64,000 nt of DNA, from contig JBAZMK010000005.1 of the NCBI GenBank assembly GCA_041649755.1, positions 8,597-72,596 on the forward strand, given 5' to 3'. A model generated the notes under the pieces. That model did not search any database. It was given only the letters and a program-made list of their open reading frames with translations, and was not told the DNA's origin. This document shows positions 27,483 to 36,631 of the stretch, piece after piece (within the stretch, counting starts at the first letter, position 1; each line of letters begins with the position of its first letter). A program made the position numbers and the translations under genes. The stretch is from Candidatus Pacearchaeota archaeon (lineage in GTDB: Archaea > Nanobdellota > Nanobdellia > Pacearchaeales > GW2011-AR1).

Positions 27483-28064
27483 ATGAAAAGAAAAATTTTT
27501 GTCAAAGAAAACTATTCTCTCTGCCTAAGGTATCTAAGAGAAATCAAATGGCATATCGTATTATCTCTCGGGATTTTTAGCTTCATATTCATTTTAGGTT
27601 TCTTATTCCCAATTCTCTTCAGAGAAGAAATACTCTCACTAATTTCAGAACTAATGTTTCTTGTAGAAGGTAAAAATCTTTATGAAATGATTATCTTTAT
27701 CTTTTTAAATAACCTAAAAGTAAGCTTCATTGCAATGATTTCCGGAATTTTCATAGGACTTTTTCCCTTAATAACCTTAATCGTTAATGGCTATGTGCTT
27801 GGTTTTGTAGCAAGAGAGTCTGTTGAACTGCAAGGGCTATCAATTTTATGGAGACTCCTGCCACATGGGATTTTTGAACTTCCAGCAGTCTTTTTCTCAA
27901 CAGGAATAGGATTAAAAATTGGATTGGACTTATTCAAAAAAGACTGGAAGAAAAAAATAAAACACAACTTTAATGAAGGATTGAGATTCTTTATCTCCGT
28001 CGTCATTCCTTTCTTAATAATCGCAGCATTAATAGAAAGTGCACTAATATTTTACTTTAGTTAA
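27483..28064 (+). CDS. SpoIIM/DUF95 family integral membrane protein
   Basis: Signature LLPHGIFELPAVFFSTGIGLKIG and 4-5 TM helices. The gene starts 31 nt after the sigma-like gene. Confidence 0.6.
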   Translation: MKRKIFVKENYSLCLRYLREIKWHIVLSLGIFSFIFILGFLFPILFREEILSLISELMFLVEGKNLYEMIIFIFLNNLKVSFIAMISGIFIGLFPLITLIVNGYVLGFVARESVELQGLSILWRLLPHGIFELPAVFFSTGIGLKIGLDLFKKDWKKKIKHNFNEGLRFFISVVIPFLIIAALIESALIFYFS

Positions 28065-29250
28065 AATCATTAAGTGTCTTCTGCTTCCCATAATTTTTCA
28101 ACAGCCAGGAATTCTCATTCAACTCCTCTAAAGATATCTTAATTTTTCTCTTTAAATAACTCAAAACATTTTGAAGACTATCAAATCTCTCGGGAGGATT
28201 AGAGAATGCTCTCCTCGTACACTCTCTGACAATACCCACCCCAAGAGGAGCGTAATATTCGGGCAAAACCTCTCTAAATACCAAAACTGTCGCCTGCCTC
28301 CTCATCTTATCAAAATATTCTGCCACAGGAAGACGCATAGCATAATACCCCCCAGTAACATTTGAAGCATAATCTTTCCTTCCAAAAAAAGTCTCATGAT
28401 CACTCGTCACACTTTTAGAATTTGTTAAAGAATTTGAGTTAAACCAGACCTCCACGACTTCAAAAGAAAACTTTCCAGGAAGAAATAACACCTTCATATA
28501 ATTCCCTAAAAAATTCCCTGAAAATACCAAAAACTCATTTAATTCAGGGTAGTATTTTATTTTTTCAAGTAGATGCTTTGAAATGATATCATCAGTAGAG
28601 GTTATTGCCCATCTGGTAGGAACCATCTTTCTTGAGGATTTTAAACCCAGTAAACCAACAGAAAGAAGTTTTTGTATATGGTCTACGTCAATAGAAGAAT
28701 AAAGTTCTCTCATTGCTGTTATCGCAAGAGAATCGCTATCGGAAGTCAGATAATCTACCTTCTTTAAAACCTTTGGGTTCTCTTCCAACAAGACCCTGTC
28801 AATCGGAGCAGAGTTCATTATCGGACGAAAAACAGAATCAAGATTAACCCCAAACTTCGGTTTCTTCTTTAAAAAAAATTCCGTCAGTAAAGGTTTAGAA
28901 GACAAAGCCAATTCCTGTATTATCTTTTTAAAATTGCCTCTGGACTTAATCTCTATCTTATCCCTTCCATAAACAAGTCTAGAACGCACTCGTAGAATAT
29001 TCTCAATAGAAAAATTATTACCTGACCATTCTTCCGCCGTTGAAAAACCAGCAAGAGAACTTCCATCACTCGGTGCAAAAACACCTGAGTTAACAAAAGG
29101 ATATCCAACCCTTCCGACAAAAACTTCTGGAGGACTCTCACCGGAGAAATGAATTTTCGGTTTAGGAAACGCCTCTCTGAATCTGCTTAAAATTTTGCAA
29201 GGTCCCCCACAAAAACCCTTCCCCTTACAACGAATACATAGATTATCCAT
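28057..29250 (-). CDS. Nre-family-like protein (archaeal DNA-repair-associated, N-terminal C4 zinc finger)
   Basis: N-terminal LCIRCKGKGFCGGPCKI zinc-finger-like start and ~400 aa length, as in archaeal NreA/NreB. Assignment is tentative. Confidence 0.45.
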   Translation of the reverse strand: MDNLCIRCKGKGFCGGPCKILSRFREAFPKPKIHFSGESPPEVFVGRVGYPFVNSGVFAPSDGSSLAGFSTAEEWSGNNFSIENILRVRSRLVYGRDKIEIKSRGNFKKIIQELALSSKPLLTEFFLKKKPKFGVNLDSVFRPIMNSAPIDRVLLEENPKVLKKVDYLTSDSDSLAITAMRELYSSIDVDHIQKLLSVGLLGLKSSRKMVPTRWAITSTDDIISKHLLEKIKYYPELNEFLVFSGNFLGNYMKVLFLPGKFSFEVVEVWFNSNSLTNSKSVTSDHETFFGRKDYASNVTGGYYAMRLPVAEYFDKMRRQATVLVFREVLPEYYAPLGVGIVRECTRRAFSNPPERFDSLQNVLSYLKRKIKISLEELNENSWLLKNYGKQKTLNDFN

Positions 29251-29304
29251 AAAAGAAAAGAAAACAATTTATTTATATTGATTTATATTCTAAATAGGCT
29301 ATCT

Positions 29305-29511
29305 CTAATTTTTCAAATCACTTATACCTATAAGAATAAAAACAACTCCAATTAAAATCAGCATCCAAACAAGACCACCCTTAAAAAAAACTAATGCAGA
29401 GTCTCCCACTCCCCAGAAATTAACAATCCACGCATATATAGGCACAAGTAGAAAAATCAATCCAATGAGTAACTCTAAAAACTTATTCATAAAAATACAT
29501 ACTTTTTGCAT
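29305..29511 (-). CDS. Small membrane protein (68 aa, 2 TM)
   Basis: Hydrophobic ORF. Could be spurious. Confidence 0.35.
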   Translation of the reverse strand: MQKVCIFMNKFLELLIGLIFLLVPIYAWIVNFWGVGDSALVFFKGGLVWMLILIGVVFILIGISDLKN

Positions 29512-29570
29512 TTAAATATCTTTTGGAACTAAAAAGAAGATTTTATAAATAAAGAACTACTAAATAAACT

Positions 29571-29843
29571 ATGAAAAAGGTGATAGGTTACGTCCTTTGC
29601 ATTATAGGACTATTAATTTTAGTATTCAGCGCAGGAATAATAAAAGTAAATATCAAAATTTTAAATACTGCAAACCCCTATTACGTAATTGGGACCGGAA
29701 TCGTTTTCATAATAATCGGAGCGGTTCTCGTTATGACTGACAAAGATAAAAATAAAAAGAAAAGTCAGCAATCTGAAGAAGAAGTGCCGATTTACGAAGG
29801 AACAGGTAAAAAAAGAAGGATAGTTGGTTATAGGAGAAGTTAA
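29571..29843 (+). CDS. Small membrane protein (90 aa, 2 TM, charged C-terminus)
   Basis: ORF with two clear TM helices and a Lys-rich tail. Confidence 0.4.
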   Translation: MKKVIGYVLCIIGLLILVFSAGIIKVNIKILNTANPYYVIGTGIVFIIIGAVLVMTDKDKNKKKSQQSEEEVPIYEGTGKKRRIVGYRRS

Positions 29844-29891
29844 GTCCTAAATCAGCACAACCTTTATAAATTACCCTTCCCCATAAGAACT

Positions 29892-30386
29892 ATGAAAAAA
29901 GGTGATCTTAAATTCAAAAAAGGTTTATCTCCAGTTATCGCTACAGTTCTTTTGATAGTTTTGGTATTCGTTTTATTTGCATTAATCTTCTTATGGATGC
30001 GCGGGCTCATAAGTGAACAAATAGAAAAAAACGAACAGGCGATTGAAAATGTTTGCCCCTCAGTCACCTTTCAGGCAGATTTAGTCAGAGAGGGTTCAAA
30101 TTATTTTATAGAAGTAATTAATCGTGGAAGCGTCCACATACACCGCCTTGAAGTAAAATTAATTGACAGCCAAGGAGACTCAGAAATATATTCGTTCAAT
30201 GAAGCAGATGTTTTAATGGTAGGTGTCGGCGAAACCCTAAAAAAAGATATTGATTTAACTATGGATAGCGGCGATACAGCCACAGAAATTATAGTCTACC
30301 CTATTATTGCAGGAACAGTAAAAGGCGGTTCCACAAACAAACCCTACACCTGTATAGACATGGGTCAAACAATAAATGTAATTTAA
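29892..30386 (+). CDS. Archaeal type IV pilin-like protein (class III signal peptide)
   Basis: N-terminus MKKGDLKFKKG|LSPVIATVLLIVLVFVLF, i.e. KG cleavage site plus hydrophobic helix. Confidence 0.65.
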   Translation: MKKGDLKFKKGLSPVIATVLLIVLVFVLFALIFLWMRGLISEQIEKNEQAIENVCPSVTFQADLVREGSNYFIEVINRGSVHIHRLEVKLIDSQGDSEIYSFNEADVLMVGVGETLKKDIDLTMDSGDTATEIIVYPIIAGTVKGGSTNKPYTCIDMGQTINVI

Positions 30387-30413
30387 CTCAAGATAAATGA
30401 AAGGAGGTCAAAA

Positions 30414-30896
30414 ATGAAAAATAATAAAAAAGGAGTCTCAGCAGTAATCGCTACAGTCTTAATTATCTTAATTACAATTGCAGCGGTCACAATTATATGG
30501 GCAGCAATTATTCCGATGATTAAAGGTTTAATAGAATCCGGAACTACTTGCCTTGATGTAATGAAAGAGGTAGAACTAGGAGACAGAACTTGCTTAGTAG
30601 ATAATGATACTGTCACTGTTCAGGTAGTAAGAGGTTCTACGTCTTTTGAATGGGCAGATATTCAAGTTAGGGTAGAAGATGAAGAAGGAAATACTGCATC
30701 TTCTTACTTAGTCGCTGATGAAGATGAACCTCTTGAAGATCTTCCAGGAAGAAACGAAGCTCAAACATTTACTTTGAATATCACAGGTCTTAATAGCGAA
30801 TTGGTTAACGTCGCAATTGCCCCTGTTGTTCAGGTTGATGGAAAACAGGAAAACTGCGGAGTTACATCCACAAAGAAATTAATAGCTTGTCCATAA
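30414..30896 (+). CDS. Archaeal type IV pilin-like protein (class III signal peptide)
   Basis: MKNNKKG|VSAVIATVLIILITIAAV. SD-like AGGAGGT upstream. Confidence 0.65.
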   Translation: MKNNKKGVSAVIATVLIILITIAAVTIIWAAIIPMIKGLIESGTTCLDVMKEVELGDRTCLVDNDTVTVQVVRGSTSFEWADIQVRVEDEEGNTASSYLVADEDEPLEDLPGRNEAQTFTLNITGLNSELVNVAIAPVVQVDGKQENCGVTSTKKLIACP

Positions 30897-30983
30897 TTAA
30901 ATTATTTAATCGGCTCCTTATTTTTTGAGCCTTTTTATTTTATTCTTGCAAAACTATATAAAGGAAAAAATTCTTATTTTTGA

Positions 30984-31532
30984 ATGAGGGGATTAATTAA
31001 AAAAAGAGGTCAGGTTTGGGTTGAAACAGTAATATACACTCTCATTGGTCTGGCGATCATAGGTCTTGTTCTCGCCGTAGCTAAACCCAACATTGACAGA
31101 AAAAAAAGCGAGATGATAATTGAGCAATCAATAGAATCAATAACGAACATAGACTCAAAAATAAGCGAGGTTCTTTCGGCACAGGGAAATCAAAGAGTAA
31201 TAGAATTAAAAATAAGCGAAGGAAATTTTTACATTGACTCTGGGAATAATAAAATATCTTGGATTATACAATCAAAATTTCAATATAGCGAAAAAGACGA
31301 AGAAATTCCTTTGGGAACTTTCTTCGTAACGACTACTGGAGACGAGAAAAACGATTTATGGGAGATAAAAATTGAGAAGCAATACTCGAACATAGACTTG
31401 AGATTCAATAATGAAAACATCGGAGAAAAGCAAATTAGTCCAGCACCAACCCCTTACAAAATGACTATAATCAACGATGACAAAGATGAAGAAAGCGAAG
31501 GAAAAACCATCGTAAATATAGGAATTAACTAA
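30984..31532 (+). CDS. Prepilin-like protein with bacterial-style G|QVWVE (Glu at +5) N-terminus
   Basis: MRGLIKKRG|QVWVETVIYTLIGLAIIGLVLAV. Confidence 0.55.
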   Translation: MRGLIKKRGQVWVETVIYTLIGLAIIGLVLAVAKPNIDRKKSEMIIEQSIESITNIDSKISEVLSAQGNQRVIELKISEGNFYIDSGNNKISWIIQSKFQYSEKDEEIPLGTFFVTTTGDEKNDLWEIKIEKQYSNIDLRFNNENIGEKQISPAPTPYKMTIINDDKDEESEGKTIVNIGIN

Positions 31533-31566
31533 TAAGATTAATAAAGCTTAATTTCTTAAAAATAAA

Positions 31567-33093
31567 ATGGGTGAAATAAAAATTAATCTTAATCCTCAAA
31601 TACCTGTAATCCCAAAATTTGAAGATAAAACAAAAATCAACGTTAGATATGTGGTTATTGAACCCTACGTTTCAATTCACATATACTGGGACAAAGAACT
31701 GCAGGAGGTCATTTATGAAGTTGAAGAACCAATTTTATCAAAAGAAGAACAGGAAAACTTTAGAAGGATAGAATCTGCAGTAAAAGAAGTTGTAGATGTC
31801 AGCATGTTAGGAGAAGAAAAAACCCATGAAGACCTGCTGGACTACATAGATAAAACTTCAAAATTAATAATATCTGAACTAAGTCTGAAGGTTACAGAAG
31901 AGTCTTATAAAAAAATCTTCTATTATTTATACAGAGACTTTTTGGGTTTAAACGAAATAGAACCTATGATGAGAGACTATTTTATAGAAGACCTTGAGTG
32001 CAATGGAGTAAACGAACCCCTTTATATTGTTCATAGAGCATTCAGAAACCTAAAAACAACTATAAAATTTACAGACATAGATGAATTATCAAACTTTGTA
32101 GAAAAACTTGCACAAAAAACTGGAAGATACATCTCTTACGCTTCACCAATATTAGATGGAAGTCTTCCTGATGGGTCAAGAGTCAACGCAACCTACACAA
32201 AAGATATTTCTTCAAAAGGCCCGACATTTACTATACGTAAATTCACGAAAACACCTTGGACACCGACACAACTAATGGGCTTCCACGCTTTAAGCCCTGA
32301 AATGCTGGCATACTTTTGGATTACATTACAATATCAGTCAAACCTCATGATTGTCGGCGGAACAGCATCAGGAAAAACAACCCTCCTTAATGCAATCGCT
32401 TTCTTCATACCACAGGAAAACAGAGTTGTCTCAATAGAGGACACAAGAGAACTAAACCTTCCAAGAGAAAACTGGCTTCCATCCGTAGTCAGAAGCGGAA
32501 TATCTGCACAAGGCGTCGGTGCCGTTGATATGTTTAGTTTATTAAGAGGTTCTTTCAGACAAAATCCAGATTATGTAATTGTAGGGGAAGTAAGAGGAAA
32601 CGAAGCTTCAGTATTATTTCAAGGAATGGCTTCGGGACACGCGTCCATTTCAACTATGCACGCAGACTCCGTAGAATCCTTAATAAGAAGACTTGAAACA
32701 CCACCAATTAGTCTAAGTCCAATGCTTGTAAACGGTCTCGACACTGTAGCAATTATGACTCACGCAATAGTAGATGGAAGAGAAACAAGAAGACTAAGAA
32801 AAATTGTAGAGATTGTAGAAGTTAAAAACGATGGAAGTGTGACAACCGTAACCCCTTTTGTATGGAACCCTGCAGATGACAAGTTCTATTATTCAGAAGA
32901 GAGCATAATGTTTTCAAAAATTTCAGAGAAATACGGAATACCTGTATCGGAATTAATTAAAGAATTTGACACCAGAACAAGACTCTTATACAAGATGTAT
33001 AACCAAAAAGTTTTGGGCTACGAAGAAGTTCAGAAAATAATAAATGAATATCAAAAAAATCCTCAGGCAGTAATTAAAAGGTTTAACTTATAA
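31567..33093 (+). CDS. Type II/IV secretion-system ATPase (FlaI/ArlI/PilB/TadA family)
   Basis: Walker A GGTASGKTT, Asp box SIEDTRELNL, Walker B/His box NPDYVIVGEVRGNEA ... ISTMHADS. Confidence 0.85.
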   Translation: MGEIKINLNPQIPVIPKFEDKTKINVRYVVIEPYVSIHIYWDKELQEVIYEVEEPILSKEEQENFRRIESAVKEVVDVSMLGEEKTHEDLLDYIDKTSKLIISELSLKVTEESYKKIFYYLYRDFLGLNEIEPMMRDYFIEDLECNGVNEPLYIVHRAFRNLKTTIKFTDIDELSNFVEKLAQKTGRYISYASPILDGSLPDGSRVNATYTKDISSKGPTFTIRKFTKTPWTPTQLMGFHALSPEMLAYFWITLQYQSNLMIVGGTASGKTTLLNAIAFFIPQENRVVSIEDTRELNLPRENWLPSVVRSGISAQGVGAVDMFSLLRGSFRQNPDYVIVGEVRGNEASVLFQGMASGHASISTMHADSVESLIRRLETPPISLSPMLVNGLDTVAIMTHAIVDGRETRRLRKIVEIVEVKNDGSVTTVTPFVWNPADDKFYYSEESIMFSKISEKYGIPVSELIKEFDTRTRLLYKMYNQKVLGYEEVQKIINEYQKNPQAVIKRFNL

Positions 33094-33136
33094 TTCTAAA
33101 AACATTAATAAACAACAATTTCTTTGCTTTTAAGGA

Positions 33137-33298
33137 ATGGCCAACATAGTATTAATAAAAGAGTGGGTTGAATCTATGGAAAAATATGTTCTCAATCTGG
33201 AAAGAGCTATCAAGAAAGGAGATAAAAACGAAGCAAACCGAATGAGGGTTTTCATATTTGATCTGCATAAAAAAATTGAGGAGGCACTAAAGGAATAA
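33137..33298 (+). CDS. Unannotated 53-aa ORF (MANIVLIKEWVESMEKYVLNLERAIKKGDKNEANRMRVFIFDLHKKIEEALKE) between the ATPase and TadC-like genes
   Basis: Hand-translated. It fills the only gap in the pilus operon, and GAGGAGG lies near the next gene's start. Confidence 0.25.
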   Translation: MANIVLIKEWVESMEKYVLNLERAIKKGDKNEANRMRVFIFDLHKKIEEALKE

Positions 33299-33299
33299 A

Positions 33300-34613
33300 A
33301 TGTTTGAAGAATTAAAGAAAAACATTGAACAGGAAAAAAAGATTATCGCAGATGTGCAGTCTATTCTAAGCGGAATGAAAAGCAACCCTTCCCTTAGAAC
33401 TTTCTATCTTTCCAGCCTATCTTCTCTAACCCACCAATTAAATCTTCTAAATAAAGCCGTTCCAGAACTGCTTAAAGAAGAATCCCCATTAAAAAAATTC
33501 ACTGAAAAATCCGAAGAAACAAAAAAAGACCTCACAAAAAGAACTCTACAAAAAGAAGAACCCATGAAAAAAGAAATTAATAAAAACGTTGTAAAGATTA
33601 GTTATATCTCCCCCTCCACTAAAGAAAAGGAATTTATTACATTAAATAAAGAAGACAAAAAGGCTTTTCTTGAAAAATTAAAAATCTCTGAAGAAAATCT
33701 TAAAAAAATAAGACAAGAAGGAGGCTTAGAAAAGAAAAGGAAAATAAAGATAAGCCAGCCACTTTTTTACACAAAATTTTCAAACCGTTTTTTTAGAGAA
33801 ACTTCAGAAAAACTATCCCCTAAATTTAATGGGTTATCCCAGGATTTAAAAAAAGGTAATATGAATATTCTGTTGGCATCTTATATTTCCTTGGCTCTAA
33901 TGTCAACAACACTCTCATTTATAGCAGGAATGATAATTTTTATTTTTCTTGTAATTATGAATCTAAGTAATTTAATACACTTCTGGATTCCTTTCGGTCT
34001 TGCGGGGGCGACTATGACTCTTTTTTATTTCTACCCTGCAAGCGTAGCCAATTCTGTCCAAAAGAGAATTACACAAGAACTCCCCTTCGCAACGATTCAC
34101 ATGGCGGCAATTTCAGGCTCAGATATAGAACCAACAAAAATCTTCAAGATTATATCTGCTTCTAAAGAATACCCAAACATCGCAAAAGAGATTCACAAAA
34201 TTACTACTCAGATTGAAATCTATGGATATGACTTAGTAACCTCATTAAAAAACGTCGCATCAAGAACATCAAACAAAAAACTTTCAGAGTTATTCTCAGG
34301 ACTCGCAACAAATATAAGCACGGGAGGGGAACTTAAAACCTATCTTGAAAGTAAAGCTGAAAACTTCCTGTTAGATTATAGATTAGAAAGACAAAAATAT
34401 TCAGAAACGGCAGGAACTTTTATGGACATATATATCTCCATTTTAATTGCAGGTCCACTCGTACTAATGATGATGTTTATCGTGATGAATGTTGTAGGTT
34501 TAAGCTTAGGAGGTTTGGGCATGGAAGCGATACTCCTACTAAGCGTAGGCTTAATCGTAATAGTAAACTTAATATTTATAGCAGTATTAAATATGAAACA
34601 GCCTAACGTATAA
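33300..34613 (+). CDS. TadC/FlaJ-like membrane platform protein (T2SSF domain) with long N-terminal coiled-coil region
   Basis: C-terminal half has the GspF/TadC-like helix pattern and TM bundles (ISGSDIEPTKIFKIISAS...ELFSGLATNISTGGELKTYLESKAE). Confidence 0.6.
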   Translation: MFEELKKNIEQEKKIIADVQSILSGMKSNPSLRTFYLSSLSSLTHQLNLLNKAVPELLKEESPLKKFTEKSEETKKDLTKRTLQKEEPMKKEINKNVVKISYISPSTKEKEFITLNKEDKKAFLEKLKISEENLKKIRQEGGLEKKRKIKISQPLFYTKFSNRFFRETSEKLSPKFNGLSQDLKKGNMNILLASYISLALMSTTLSFIAGMIIFIFLVIMNLSNLIHFWIPFGLAGATMTLFYFYPASVANSVQKRITQELPFATIHMAAISGSDIEPTKIFKIISASKEYPNIAKEIHKITTQIEIYGYDLVTSLKNVASRTSNKKLSELFSGLATNISTGGELKTYLESKAENFLLDYRLERQKYSETAGTFMDIYISILIAGPLVLMMMFIVMNVVGLSLGGLGMEAILLLSVGLIVIVNLIFIAVLNMKQPNV

Positions 34614-35437
34614 TGAAAAAGAAAAAGTTTTTTGGGATAATTCCTGCCCTTTTTGTAGTAGCAGGTTCTATAACTCTTTTTGGAATAAAAAACCCCCTGA
34701 CATATTTTTTAATAATTATTGCACTAATTCTTGCAATCCTGCCTTTTGTAATAGATCTAATTCTAAGTCAAAACAAACAAAGAGAAAAAGAAGAAATGTT
34801 TCTTGCATTCTCAAGGGATTTAGTTGAAACTGTTAAATCAGGAACTCCTGTAAGCAAAGGCATAATCAACTTGAGAAATAGGAATTATGGTGCACTAAGC
34901 CCCCATGTCTCAAAACTTGCTAATCAAATTTCTCTCGGGAGAACTCTGACGGAAGCATTGCAAACATTCTCCCGCGAAACGGGAAGCAAAGTAATTGCAA
35001 GAGCGGTAAGCCTCATATCTGAAGCAGAGAGATCTGGTGGAAGAATAGAAACGATAATAGAATCCGTAGCACTTTCTGTAAATCAAATAGATAATTTAAA
35101 AAAAGAAAGAAAAGCCGCTGTATCAAATTTAATCACTCAAGGTTACATAATCTTTATTGTTTTTATAATCATTATGCTCGTCCTGGAATTTAAAATACTC
35201 CCTTTAGTTTCAGATTTATCATCTGGAGGAACGGGTCTTGGAGTTGAAGTCCAAAAAATGGATCCTGAAGAATTCTCAATGCCCTTATTAGTAACTATCC
35301 TCGTCCAATCATTTTTCTCGGGTCTCGTCATAGGAAAAATATCTGAAGGAAATTTAAAAGCGGGAATCAAACATTCATTTATATTATTAGCCCTGACTCT
35401 CCTCGTTACAACTGGGGCAAAAGTATTATTTAACTGA
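34613..35437 (+). CDS. TadC/FlaJ-like membrane protein, second T2SSF-domain gene
   Basis: GSKVIARAVSLISEAERSGGRIETIIESVA resembles a T2SSF repeat. Its ATG overlaps the upstream stop, so the platform looks split into two genes. Confidence 0.6.
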   Translation: MKKKKFFGIIPALFVVAGSITLFGIKNPLTYFLIIIALILAILPFVIDLILSQNKQREKEEMFLAFSRDLVETVKSGTPVSKGIINLRNRNYGALSPHVSKLANQISLGRTLTEALQTFSRETGSKVIARAVSLISEAERSGGRIETIIESVALSVNQIDNLKKERKAAVSNLITQGYIIFIVFIIIMLVLEFKILPLVSDLSSGGTGLGVEVQKMDPEEFSMPLLVTILVQSFFSGLVIGKISEGNLKAGIKHSFILLALTLLVTTGAKVLFN

Positions 35438-35480
35438 GATTTAAACGACATATATTTAAACTAATAAAATATATTTTTAT

Positions 35481-36212
35481 ATGCTTAAAAAAAGGGTGAA
35501 AGAAAACAAAAGAGGTTCTGGACACCTCGAAATGATTTTTTCGTTCGTATTTTTCGCAGGATTTGTATTCCTTCTTTTCCTACTTCTCAAACCATACGAC
35601 ACAAAATCTATGTTAAATTCGGTTCTAAAAGGTTTAGAAGAAAATCTTGAAGAAAGAGCTCTCGAGAATCTAACAACATTCTTTTTGGAAGCAAATACGA
35701 GTTCAGGAAGCTGTTTTTCCTTAGATTTATCTATGGAAGGGAATCTTTTCACCTACGGATACAGCAACTCTTACATTGAAGATCTCCCCTCAGGAGCAAA
35801 AGTTGATGCAAGTATAAATGACATAGGTTTATTGAAAATAAAAACCGCCCCTGGAATAAAACATTTCAGAGTATATATCTCCCCAGAGTTTGAAGATAGT
35901 ATCATCTCTGAGCCCTGTATTGTAATAGAAGAAGAAAACTATAACATCGGAAGCGTCTTAGAAAGGGAAGTTTTCTCTTATCAGGAATTAGAAGAAATAA
36001 ACAACAGTTACTATTCAGACTATGAAAATCTAAAAGAAGAATTAGGAATACCAAAAATTTACGACTTTGCGATTACCTCTAAAGAAATAGGAATAAGTAT
36101 GGAAAGATTAATACCTTCTTCTTCTGAAGTTTTAGCAAAAAACCGTTATTACACTGTTTTAAAACAAGAAGGTGAATTAATAAATGCTGAATTTAATATA
36201 AAGATATGGTAA
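35481..36212 (+). CDS. Hypothetical secreted/pilin-like protein with N-terminal TM anchor
   Basis: KRGSGHLEMIFSFVFFAGFVFLLFLLL. Lies inside the pilus locus. Confidence 0.4.
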   Translation: MLKKRVKENKRGSGHLEMIFSFVFFAGFVFLLFLLLKPYDTKSMLNSVLKGLEENLEERALENLTTFFLEANTSSGSCFSLDLSMEGNLFTYGYSNSYIEDLPSGAKVDASINDIGLLKIKTAPGIKHFRVYISPEFEDSIISEPCIVIEEENYNIGSVLEREVFSYQELEEINNSYYSDYENLKEELGIPKIYDFAITSKEIGISMERLIPSSSEVLAKNRYYTVLKQEGELINAEFNIKIW

Positions 36213-36631
36213 ACAAAAGAGGGTGGATTAGAATTTTAGAAGCAACTATAGCCGTACTTATAGTAAGTAGCGTCCTAATAATGATTTACTCTGGGCATCC
36301 TGAAAGGGTAGACCTATCAGAAGAAATCTCAAGCCTCCAAAAAAGCATATTAAATGAAATCTCATCAGACAACAATTTAAGGTCGCATGTCTTAAACTCA
36401 GAAGTTGGTTCTAACTATGAAATGCTCGTCCAGCATATTGAAGGAAAAATCCCCTCCCAGTTAAATTTCTCATTAAAAATATGTAGTCTATCCGAAGCCT
36501 CATGCAAACTTGACGAAGACATTTTCAAAACATTGGTTGACAAAGAAGTATTCGTAGAAGAGATAATTATCTCAACAGATTTATCAACATACAATCCAAA
36601 GAAAGTCAGACTATTTGTTTGGATGATTTAA
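36206..36631 (+). CDS. Minor pilin-like protein (prepilin-type N-terminus)
   Basis: MVNKRG|WIRILEATIAVLIVSSVLIMIY. Overlaps the previous gene by 7 nt. Confidence 0.5.
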   Translation: MVNKRGWIRILEATIAVLIVSSVLIMIYSGHPERVDLSEEISSLQKSILNEISSDNNLRSHVLNSEVGSNYEMLVQHIEGKIPSQLNFSLKICSLSEASCKLDEDIFKTLVDKEVFVEEIIISTDLSTYNPKKVRLFVWMI

